Assembly (NCBI RefSeq): GCF_006345805.1
Contig: NC_043014.1
Span: 35,898,001 to 35,962,000 of the forward strand
Source: Octopus sinensis
Taxonomy: Eukaryota
DNA: 64,000 nt
Direction of reading: 5' to 3'
Shown here: in pieces, positions 1-10,431 of the stretch
Position numbering within the stretch: position 1 is the stretch's first letter
Layout: each line of letters begins with the position of its first letter
Translations under genes and position numbers: made by a program
The notes under the pieces: generated by a model
What the model was told of the DNA's origin: nothing
What the model saw: only the letters and a program-made list of their open reading frames with translations
Database searches by the model: none

Positions 1-120
1 TTTATTGTCCGGGCTGGACAAGCTACCGCTGAAATGGCAAAAGTGTATTGACAATAAGGGTGTTGATGAATTATACTATTTCATTTTTACCTTTTTACAA
101 ATTTCATACTTGACGACGTA
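1..120 (+). mobile_element. Mariner transposase C-terminal remnant (cut by window edge)
   Basis: Frame from nt 2 reads LLSGLDKLPLKWQKCIDNKG, resembling the mariner C-terminal GIxKLxxRWQKCIDxxG motif. Confidence 0.5.
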
Positions 121-342
121 GTAGATATAGTTAGGAATTGTGTTAAAACCTGGTTAAAATAGTTTGTGCATTGTAGAAGTATAACTAATTCATTCTACAT
201 AAATTGTAACAACAATACCTTGTATGGACCCACAAGAGTCATACGGACTTTAGTTGAGAAGCGCTGGAGTAAACCCTTCGAGGAAATGCTCCACCATGAC
301 CGCAGCCCAATGACTGAGACAGGTCAAAGAAATAAATATATA

Positions 343-758
343 GGCGTAGGCGTAGCTGTGTGATAAGAAGCTTGCCTCCCAATCACGTGGTTCCAGGTTC
401 AGTCCCTCTGCGTGGCACCTTGACTATCACCTTGGGAAAGTGTCATCTATTATAGACTCGGGTCGACTAAAGCCTTGTGAGTGGATTTGGTAGGCGGAAA
501 CTGAAAGAAGCTCGTCGTATACGTGTGTGTGTATTTGTCTCTCCCCCCCCCCCCGCCGCCCCAGCACCGCTTGACGATCGGTGTTGGTGTGTTACGTACC
601 CGTAACTTAGGGGTTCGACAAAAGAGACCGATAAAATAAGTACTAGGCTTAAAAACAAAGTTCTGAGGTCGATTTGTTCGGCTAAAATCCTTCACAGCGG
701 TAATCCAGCATGGCCGCAGTCAAATGACTGAAACTCAAAAAAAAAAGAGAAATAAAAG
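343..758 (+). mobile_element. tRNA-derived SINE, family A (local label)
   Basis: Head with A-box/B-box-like ggcgtaggcgtagctgtgtg...ggttccaggttcagtccc; body and tail (ccagcatggccgcagtcaaatgactgaaac) shared with about 17 other copies in the window. A further 3' fragment lies at about 240-336. Confidence 0.85.
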
Positions 759-1051
759 CTATACTGCAAACTGTTATTTGGGAACAACCTAGGACAGACA
801 GGCTGGTAGGAGTTTTGAGAGAAAGGGGGGTAGAAAAAGAGAGAGAGAGAGAGAGATACTAAGGGAGATACAGAGAGAGAGAGAGAGAAAGAACAAAGCG
901 AGAGAAAGACAGACAAAAAGAGATAGACAGGAAGAAGTGGGAAGGTATAGCAATATATGTGGTGGCTATTTTCTATATGATAAAGCTTAGGGTTTAAGTC
1001 ACGACCTATCTTTGTGAAAGTTACCTTTCATAAAGCTACCATTATGAAAGG

Positions 1052-1057
1052 TTGTAT

Positions 1058-1098
<41 letters not shown>

Positions 1099-1207
1099 TT
1101 CCTTTGTCATAACTACATACCTGTCTACCTACCTTCTTGGTGGTAATGGTGGCAGTGGTTGCTTTGACAACAGCAGCAGTAGTAGTAGCAGTAGTAGTAG
1201 CAGTAGC

Positions 1208-1254
<47 letters not shown>

Positions 1255-1380
1255 AAGTAGTGGTGGTGGTGGTGGTGGTGCCGGCGGCGGTGGCAGCGGA
1301 AGTAGTAGTTGTAGTAGTAGTTGTAGTAGTAGTAGTAGTAGTAGTAGTTATGGTGATGGTATTGAGAGTGTGTGTGTGTG
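1052..1380. repeat. Compound microsatellite (GT)n/(AGT)n/(GGT)n
   Basis: Direct reading; the source of the poly-S/T/V ORFs in the track. Confidence 0.95.
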
Positions 1381-1764
1381 CATGTTGTGACAAGTATATC
1401 TGTGTTGTATTGACTCGGGTGAACATTTTTTTAAAAACTCTTCTCTCACCCCACTCCAGAACAAAATTCCTCTTCTTATCAGCTCCTTCACACACCCACC
1501 CGGTTCCACATCTGACCCTCTCGTTTTGTCTCACCTTTCCCCCTCTTACCTGCCTCTTTTCCCTCCTCCCCCTTTCTTTCTCTTTCTTTTATCTCTCTTT
1601 CGTCCTATCTACCTGTGTGTGTGTGTGTGTGTGTGTGTGTATACATTACTAATTCTTTAGAATTAGCTTTATTGTACACGTTTGACCTAAATAGTTAAGT
1701 AGATTGAGATTAGTAAACAATAAACAAACAAACAAGCCGGATTGATAGCGTGTGTGTGTGTGTG

Positions 1765-1990
1765 TGTCCGATTTATTACTTGTTTCAGCCGTTAGACTGC
1801 GGCTATGCTTGCTTACCGCCTTGAATTTTTGTTCAACGGACCGACCCAATATTTTTTCGAAGCCTGGTACTGATTCTATAGGTCTATTTTGCCGGTCAAA
1901 CCGCTAAGTTTTCGGAACGTAAACGCACTGATACCGGTTGTCAAGCGATGGTGGGAAACAAACTCAGACACGCACACACACACACACACA
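1765..1990 (-). mobile_element. Diverged SINE family A 3' half, progenitor of the adjacent array
   Basis: ttacttgtttcagccgttagactgcggctatgc...ccgctaagttttcggaacgtaaacgcactgataccggttgtcaagcgatgg matches the family A tail and body. Confidence 0.75.
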
Positions 1991-2573
1991 CATGCATGCA
2001 TCATGGTCTCTACCATTCGGGGACGTAAACGCACTGATACCGGTTGTCAAGCGTTGGTGGGAAACAAACTCAGGCACACACACACACGCACACGCACACA
2101 CACACACGCACACACACACATACACACATTCATGATGGTCTCTCCCATTCGGGGACGTAAACGCACTGATACCGGTTGTCAAGCGATGGTGGGAAACAAA
2201 CTCAGATACACACACACACACACACACACACATACACACACACACACATACATACACACATTCATGATGGTCTCTCCCATTTGGGAACGTAAACACACTG
2301 ATACCGGTTGTCAAGCGATGGTGGGAAAAAACTCTGATACAACACACACAACACACACACACACACACACACACCACACCACATACACAATTCATGATGG
2401 TCTCTCCCATTTGGGGACGTAAACGCACTGATACCGTTTGTCAAGCGATGGTGGGAAACAAATTCAGATACACACACACACACACACATACACACATTCA
2501 TGATGGTCTCTCCCATTTGGGAACGTAAACACACTGATACCGGTTGTCAAGCGATGGTGGGAAACAAACTCAG

Positions 2574-2611
<38 letters not shown>

Positions 2612-2809
2612 ACATTCATGATGGTCTCTCCCATTTGGGAACGTAAACACACTGATACCGGTTGTCAAGCGATGGTGGGAAACAAACTCAGATACACACA
2701 CACATACACACACACACACATACATACACACATTCATGATGGTCTCTCCCATTTGGGAACGTAAACACACTGATACCGGTTGTCAAGCGATGGTGGGAAA
2801 CAAACTCTG

Positions 2810-2853
<44 letters not shown>

Positions 2854-3375
2854 ACATTCATGATGGTCTCTCACATTTGGGGACGTAAACGCACTGATAC
2901 CGTTTGTCAAGCGATGGTGGGAAACAAATTCAGATACACACACACACACACACACACACATACACACATTCATGATGGTCTCTCCCATTTGGGGACGTAA
3001 ACGCACTGATACCGTTTGTCAAGCGATGGTGGGAAACAAATTCAGATACACACACACACACACACACACATACACACATTCATGATGGTCTCTCCCATTT
3101 GGGGACGTAAACGCACTGATACCGTTTGTCAAGCGATGGTGGGAAACAAATTCAGATACACACACACACACACACACACATACACACATTCATGATGGTC
3201 TCTCCCATTTGGGAACGTAAACACACTGATACCGGTTGTCAAGTGATGGTGGGAAACAAACTCAGACACACACACATGCATGATGGTCTCTCCCATTTGG
3301 GAACGTAAACGCAGTGATACCGGTTGTCAAGCGATGGTGAGAAACAAACTCACACACACACACACACACACACAT
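1914..3375. repeat. Tandem array of 13 units of about 90-130 bp (constant SINE-derived part plus variable (CA)n)
   Basis: g(a/g)acgtaaac(a/g)cactgatacc(g/t)gttgtcaagcgatggtgggaaacaaa recurs at about 1915, 2021, 2153, 2284, 2414, 2521, 2639, 2757, 2881, 2993, 3103, 3213 and 3301. Confidence 0.95.
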
Positions 3376-3394
3376 ACGTGATGATCTCTCCCAT

Positions 3395-3645
3395 AGAAGA
3401 TGACAACCTGCAACAAATGATTTGCTTATAGTAATCGTATGTTCATGCCACTCATTAAGGTCACTGTCTCCATCAAATCGACGTTGTCTGAACAGGTGCT
3501 CAGTGTACCACGCGTCAGATGTCAAAGTGATCGCAGAACAACGTGGGATGAAGTGTTTTCCTCAACAACACTAATGCACCATCCGGTTTAGCAAACGGAA
3601 ATCACAGTCTCGCGATCGTGTGTGCAAACACTTAGCCTTATATAT
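3395..3645 (-). mobile_element. Old SINE-like remnant (family D)
   Basis: gtgatcgcagaacaacgtgggatgaagtgttttcctcaacaacac... followed by a degenerate reverse tRNA-like head. Confidence 0.4.
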
Positions 3646-3778
3646 CAATATTTAGCAGAAGCAACAGAGCGGCTCAAGGACCGAGATTTACTCTGTTCCC
3701 TCAGCTAAATATCAATAAAAATATCCACTCATATTTTCAGTTCTATTTTTCCTGCTTGCATCACCATGCCTGTGTGTG

Positions 3779-3844
<66 letters not shown>

Positions 3845-3853
3845 GCGTGTGTA

Positions 3854-3884
<31 letters not shown>

Positions 3885-4035
3885 TCTAGCAAAAACTGTC
3901 AGATGAACGGCAGCGGGAAACTCAGAGTAACAGGTTTTGTTGAATTTTCTGCTGCTTTAAATAAAGCATATTACTCTACCACTGGTATTTGAGTACTCTT
4001 TTTTCCACCTTGTTTCACATTTATGTGTTTACTCC
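3885..4035 (+). mobile_element. Penelope-type terminal repeat remnant with degenerate hammerhead motif
   Basis: ctgt-CAGATGA-acggcagcgg-GAAA-ctcagagt-a-acag, followed by an AT-rich tail. Confidence 0.45.
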
Positions 4036-4074
<39 letters not shown>

Positions 4075-4149
4075 TATTATGGGGGGTGAGTTCACGAAAA
4101 AAACAAAAGACGAAGACAGGTGGTGTACAAAACAAACAGTATTAGTATG

Positions 4150-4590
4150 AAGAGGACTGTTTCACCAGCCCGGGCCGCCGACCATCCCACTGGACGCCAG
4201 TTCCCGGTCAGTTCCTAGCAGTTGATCATTTTGCAACCATCTGCCAGCATGTTGTGGACCGGTTTAACGTTTGCAGACGTCCCCGACATTTTAACATCTC
4301 CCCAGCCGAATTCTCGGTCCTTCGATGCCACCGAAGCTGCAAAGACATCATCATAAAACCGGCCGACAAGGGTGGAGCCATGATGGCGTGGCGCGCAGAC
4401 CTCTACAAGGCTGAAGCTCTCCGCCAACTTCAAGGCATCTCCTTCTATTGCCTCTGCCCTTCAACCCCACGCCTATCTACCAACAGACTGACCTCATTCA
4501 CTATCCATAACCTCATCTCCTCCTCCTGTCTCCCTTCCACTGCCTCCAACCTCATTGTCCTCACTTCACGCACCCCTACGATTTATTTCC
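4150..4590 (+). mobile_element. Penelope-like element reverse transcriptase N-terminal fragment
   Basis: ORF 4254-4667 contains NISPAEFSVLR...DIIIKPADKGGAMMAW...YKAEALRQL...RTPTIYFL, the typical PLE IIIKPADKG region. Confidence 0.8.
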
Positions 4591-4624
4591 TTCTTTCCTT
4601 CCCAATATATATTATAAATATAAT

Positions 4625-4840
4625 ATATATTAATATTATATATATAAAGGGAAAGTTACGAAAATAAACAAAAGTCGAACGCAGGTGGAGTACAAACAAA
4701 CAAATGTATTAGTATAGCGCTCAGGAATAGAAAAAGTCTTTTACGTTTCGAGCCTACGCTCTTCGACAGAAAGATACACAGAAAAAACAAGGAGAGAAAA
4801 ATATACGTGTAGGAGCTAACGATCTATCATGGCGTCCTCC
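4625..4840 (-). mobile_element. Penelope-type terminal repeat (family G) containing a minimal hammerhead motif
   Basis: Similar to 4075-4148 and 25400-25620; minus strand reads tcttt-CTGTCGA-a-gagc-gtag-gctc-GAAA-cgt-a-aaaga. Confidence 0.65.
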
Positions 4841-4844
4841 ATGT

Positions 4845-4923
<79 letters not shown>

Positions 4924-5019
4924 GCATATATGGGTACAGGGCGTCACCAACAGTCAAAACATTAAATACGAAAACAAATGAGTTCGATAAGCAAACAACG
5001 AGAACCAAACCGCAGTTTT

Positions 5020-7240
5020 CTATTAACAAAGAAAATTCATTCTCCAGAAGAAATTTGACTTTTCTGAGAAGGAGAATATCTAAGGAGGGTGTTTGTCCAT
5101 CTCGGGAATTGGTAGCAAAACTAAAGGGCATACAAGTACCAAAATCGAAGTAAGATATTGACAAAATACTGGGTCTGACGAATCACTATAGATTTGTCCG
5201 GCGTATGCCGAAAAGTAGAACCACTCAGCTACATCTACAGAATTTTAGAAGGCTAAAGAGTAAGATAAAGCCTTCCGTATGCTTATCGCTCATCTTTCAG
5301 AGGCTCCAGTCTTGCAACCGTACTCAGTAGAGAAGATGAGCACTCTCACTATAGATGCATCTTTGATTGCAATAGCTGTGGTCTTATCCCAGGAATGACA
5401 CCTAGTAGCATTCATTAGCCACACATTTAGCCATGCACAACGAAAGTGGTCGACCAAAGAGAGAAGGGCATATGCATTGGTATGGTGTGTGGATAGACCG
5501 CGGCATTTCTTTCTACGAAAGCAGTTTTTTTCTGGAAACAGATCACCAGCCTTTAAAAATCCTGCTCGCGAAAGATTTAGATGTGTCTCGACATGCCTCA
5601 CAAAAAATAGCCGGGTGGAGTTTGATCCTATCACTGTACAATTTCGCTGTCAAGCATGTTCCAGGTAAAAGTATTCCGCACACCGATTCCCTCTGTCGAT
5701 TGAGGAATAACGAGAATAATGACGGTGGTATTATTTTCTTTGCTTTGTATTTAGACAAATGCGACAGTGCGTGGCTGGATATCGATCCCGTAATGATGGA
5801 AGGCACCCGAAAACAATTAAATGCAAACGCATTATATAACGAAATTAGAAAAAAAAATTTACAGCAAAATTGAAGATCGCTCTCGAATCTGCAACGTGCA
5901 TTTGTTAAAGGAAAGGATTTTCTAACATGCGAAAACAGCTAAATATACCTGTTTCTTTATTACCCACAAGGGGCTAAACATAGAGGGGACAAACAAGGAC
6001 AGACAAATGGATTAAGTCGATTACATCGACCTCAGTGCGTAACTGGTACTTAATTTATCGACCCCGAAAGGATGAAAGGCAAAGTCGACCTCGGCGGAGT
6101 TAGAACTCAGAACGTAACGGGAGACGAAATACGGCTACGCATTTCGCCCGGCGTGCTAACTGTTCTGCCAGCGCGCAATATATCATAAATGCCAGCGCCT
6201 TATAGAGCCGCAATATTAGCTAAAATACACGACACACACATGGGCATTCAACAAACAATTAAGAAGGCAGGACTGTGTTTGGTCGCCTGGGTTGGCTTAC
6301 TCGGTGGAGAAGTTTGTCAAATCTTGTCATAGTTGCCAGAGAGTTAGGCCAAATTTAGTAAAGGCAAATGATTCATAGTCTATTTCTGGGCCCTGGGAAC
6401 ATGTGCACATGGACTAGGCATATTTTCCAAACATCGGTAACATATTCGTAATTGTAGATGCCTATTCAACATGGATCGAGGCATTCTTGTATCCAAATCG
6501 TTCACTGAGGTGGTAAAAAGTAAGCTGCTGGAGGTCTTTGCTCGTTTTGGAGTGCTCACAGCTTTAGTATCGGACAACGGGACTGAATTTGTTACGTTAA
6601 AGAATATGCTGTCTTTAATAGGTTGCAGAAAGATCAAGGCAATTACTTACAGTCTGACATTTAACGTACAAACTGTGAAAGCTGCATTGAAGCATTTTGA
6701 TTCAAAGACAGGGAATTTCGGCAACTACTTGAACAAAATTCGGGTAGTTGTAAATTATCACCGGCCGAAAAGTTGATAGGAATACCATTGAGGGTTGCTG
6801 TAAACCCATTCTTTGGAATAGGTGATGATATGATACACAAAACCACGTTCGTCAAGGTTGCATACAAGGTAAAATAGGTGATACATGTCGGAAAGAATAC
6901 TGCATGGATTAAGAAGGAGGATCTCCCACTGCATTTAGCGGCAGCTGAGCAACTGGCTCAGCTGAACACACAGGTACCAGAACCAGAATTGAGAACAACA
7001 CCTAGCACGATGGTTCACGCTGAGTCTGCAAGAATGTCTAACAATGATGGTGCGACAATATCAAATCCCCGGGCTAAGTATGACACCAACGCCAGAGTCA
7101 TAAAAGAAGTGGCGCAGCCTATTATTGACAATGCTAGCCGTCGAAGATTGAACATGAAAATTGCATTAAGTCCTCAACCGAGGCGAAGAGCAAGAATTGC
7201 GGCAGGATGTAAAAAGCTGAAATGCTTCGGGGAGGAATAA
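5020..7240 (+). mobile_element. Degenerate Ty3/Gypsy pol (RT C-terminus, RNase H, integrase), 5'-truncated
   Basis: RNase H motifs TIDAS...VLSQ...FISHTFSHAQRKWSTKE and ETDHQPL; integrase zinc finger IHDTHMGI...CHSCQ; core LVSDNGTEF; many stops and frameshifts. Confidence 0.9.
5948..6175 (-). mobile_element. tRNA-derived SINE, family B, inserted in Gypsy pol
   Basis: tttctttattacccacaaggggctaaaca...gaccccgaaaggatgaaaggcaaagtcgacctcggcgg...gttctgccagc; possible short aatata target-site duplication. Confidence 0.9.
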
Positions 7241-7839
7241 TGTGATAGTTGCATTGGGTTGTCGATTTGGTATCTTTTTTTCTTTTTTCTTTTTACTTGT
7301 TTCAATCATTTTGACTGTGGCCATGCTGGAGCAACGCCTTTAATCGAGCAACTCGACCCCGGGACTTATTCTTTGTAAGCCCAGTACTTATTCTATCGGT
7401 CTCTTTTGCCGAACCGCTAAGTGACGGGGACATAAACACACCAGCATTGGTTGTCAAGCAATGCTAGGGGGACAAACACAGACACACAAACACACACGCA
7501 CACATACATATATACATATATACGACTGGCTTCTTTCAGTTTCCGTCTACCAAATCCACTCACAAGGCTTTGGTCGGCCCGAGACTAAAGTAGAAGACAC
7601 TTGCCCAAGGTGCCACGCAGTGGGACTGAACCCGGAACCATGTGGTTGGTAAGCAAGCTACTTGCCACACATATTCATATGTATATAGAATTCCCAAAGA
7701 AAGTCTCGTTCAACCACGTGGTATCGGGAGAGGAGAACGCAACAAGGAACAGTAATAAGCGGGATTCACGAAAAGTGAGCTGTGTAACTTGCTTTTACGA
7801 ACATTCAGCATTTGTCCTATAACAGTGAAATACAACACA
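7229..7839 (+). mobile_element. Gypsy polypurine tract and 3' LTR, interrupted by a SINE
   Basis: ggggaggaataa (7229-7240) immediately followed by TGtgata at 7241; after the SINE the sequence resumes and ends ...gtgaaatacaacaCA at about 7839. Confidence 0.6.
7273..7671 (-). mobile_element. SINE family A inserted in the Gypsy LTR
   Basis: Near full-length reverse copy; the extreme 5' head is missing. Confidence 0.9.
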
Positions 7840-7879
7840 TTTTAAGAAATTAGTTTTTTTTGTCTGTTCTATCAATATA

Positions 7880-9060
7880 TTCATGCACAGTTTTGTCATA
7901 TGTTTCCATGCTTAGTCATTTACTAGACATAGTGCCGATAAAGAGATTAAGTGCTATGCAGCCATAAAATATAGGAATGTCTTTATAAAATATAGCTTTG
8001 ACTAATTACTTTCTGCTTCACAGCTCGTGATGATACAATTTAAAATGTAGTACTAATGCGAGAGATTTCAACAGTTGCTCACAGATAAACTGGACAATTT
8101 CAGTACACTGCATATTGGATGGCATTTAAATTTTTTTTTTTTTTTTTGTACGTTCTGGTGTCTTCTAAGGGGCAAATATTCTCTGAACTGATAACACTTG
8201 TGTACTAATTTGTAGTCAAGGATCATATTTATAATACAAGTTTAATATTATCCACATCAACTTCAGAACTGCTCACCAACTCCGAGAAGAGCTTGAACCT
8301 TTTCGCAATCTCTCGTACTGGATTGACAAGTAGTTAAAGTGCTTATTTAGAATTTTTGTTCTAAATTTATTAAACAAACATTACTATTAGTTCTATCTAA
8401 AAATTTCTTTGTAGCAATGCATTTTGGAAAATTCAGAATAACTTTAAAGGATATCTCAACACAAATCTTTTGCTTCTGATTCATAGTGTACAATCCTGCC
8501 GTCTGGATTTTCTAGCAATTCTTTAACTAACAAAAGTAAAAATGATAGCAGAAGATAACCTTCAAATACATAGAAACCAAGAATGCGGAAGAGTTTCTTG
8601 TTCAGTTGAAACACAGCAGCACTGCCTTCTAAACGATTACTAAAATAGCTAAAATATTTCAAATTCGTTAAATTATATTTTAAATTCTTTACATCTCTTT
8701 TCAGGTTGCAAATTTCTCCTCTGAGTTTTCAAGTATGTTTGAGAGTTTGTAAGATTCAAGTGTCTTGATAATTAATTACACCGTAACATGATGTGATAGT
8801 TACTAGTCCATGAGAGACTACACTTCATGTTGCTGTACTTCTCTTCTCTTCAAGCTTATGGGAAGCATACCCATGCACAACATTTTTGTGGGTTACGGAG
8901 TGTTTCTATTTTATGCTAGTTCTGCATTTCTGGGTCCATATGGGAGGTTATCAAGAAGCGAACGTTTCTTCACCCTAGGCTGTTATTCACTTCCGTATTT
9001 CAGCAATTAGCTGATGTAATTATTTTTACTGTTATAGCTTCGCAGGTGCTGTCTGATATC
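7880..9060 (-). mobile_element. Highly decayed hAT transposase
   Basis: Minus strand gives ITSCEAESN*SKLYFIK, resembling the hAT C-terminal dimerisation motif (VTxxSxERSFSKLKxIK), and upstream ...LVKELLENPDGRIVHYESEAKDL; heavily frameshifted. Confidence 0.55.
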
Positions 9061-9260
9061 ATAACGCACTCGAAAGCTATCTGTATTGATTTTAAATCTC
9101 TTCTTCCCTTGTTTGCTTTTTATAGATAAGAGTCTCTCAATATTACTACTTCTGTGTTTGTATGTAAGTATGTATGTATGTACGTACGTACACATATATG
9201 TATGTATGTATGTATGGATGTATGTGTATGTATGTATGTATGTATGTATGTATGTTTGTA

Positions 9261-9669
9261 TGGCGCAGGAGTGGCTGTGTGGTAAGTAGCTTGTTTACCA
9301 AACACATGGTTCAGGGTTCAGTCCCACTGCATGGCATGTTGGGCAAGTGTCTTCTACTATAGCCTCGGGCCGACCAATGCCTTGTGAGTGGATTTGGTAG
9401 ACGGAAACTGAAAGAAGCCTGTCGTATATATGTATATATATATATGCGCGTGTGTGTTTGTGTGTCTTTGTTTGTCCCCCTAGCATTGCTTGACAACTGA
9501 GGCTGGTGTGTTTATGTCCCCGTTACTTAGCGGTTCGGCAAAAGAGACCAATAGAATAAGTACTGGGCTTACAAAAAGAATAAGTCCCGGGGTCGAGTTG
9601 CTCGATTACAGGCGGTGCTCTAGCATGGCCGCAGTCAAATGACTGAAACAAGTAAAAGAGTAAAAGAGT
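9261..9669 (+). mobile_element. SINE family A inserted into a (TATG)n tract
   Basis: Full head ggcgcaggagtggctgtgtgg through tail gaaacaagtaaaagagtaaaagagta; (TATG)n on both sides. Confidence 0.92.
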
Positions 9670-9672
9670 ATG

Positions 9673-9703
<31 letters not shown>

Positions 9704-10431
9704 GCATGTTTGAATGTATGTATGTCTTTATATGTAAGCAGTCTACTAGTTTGTCCCTTTTTCGTATATTGGAGGGAAAAAGGTGAAAAACATTTCGTTT
9801 CCTTCAAATTACAATGGACAACAACGATAAAGACGCTGAACTATTTTCAAGCGATTTGTATGTAATCAAGTGCATTCTATTCGAATAAGTTATTGATTTC
9901 TTTTTACTATCAACAGTTTTTCGAAAACAAGGAAGATTATATTATAGAGTAACTTTTTTCGTTGACTCATGGATTTTTTTTTTGTACATATATGTACATT
10001 TCTGAAGATTCGTCGATCTTTCTAAAATATTAAATAAATATCAAATGCAGTATTAATTTACGACGCCTGGCAAAACAGCAATAACGTTTATACTATACTG
10101 TACTGTTAGTTCCGGGTTGTGTCGATTGATTATGTTCGTATTTGTATCCGGGTAATAAATAAAAAAAAAAGCAACAGAAACATATAATCTGCATAGCATA
10201 TTAAAATTAATGCTAAAATACAGTATGCATCACAAAGAATTACAATTCATTAAAAAACAAAGGCATTAAAATTTACAGGTTAACGGTAATACAAATCAGA
10301 ACAAGTGTACAAGTTCGAATGTCTTCGAATCGGTGGTATTCGTAGTTCAGCCGCGAGCTTTTCAAATGTGTTCACATCGAATGTGCTGTAAAATTTTCTA
10401 CAATTATTTTTGTGATTAACATTTTAGCCCC

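Noticed and set aside
1028-1652. Thr/Ser/Val-rich ORFs resembling mucins
   Set aside because: Translations of trinucleotide microsatellites that stay open in several frames.
1914-3375. CRISPR-like repeat-spacer appearance
   Set aside because: The spacers are only (CA)n of varying length, the constant part is about 70 bp and SINE-derived, there are no cas genes, and the context is eukaryotic.
6878-7240. 120-aa ORF as an independent gene or env
   Set aside because: It is the low-complexity C-terminal tail of Gypsy pol, ending at the polypurine tract.
9261-9335. tRNA gene call for SINE heads (here and at 14533)
   Set aside because: A and B boxes are present but no complete cloverleaf; the sequence continues into SINE bodies.
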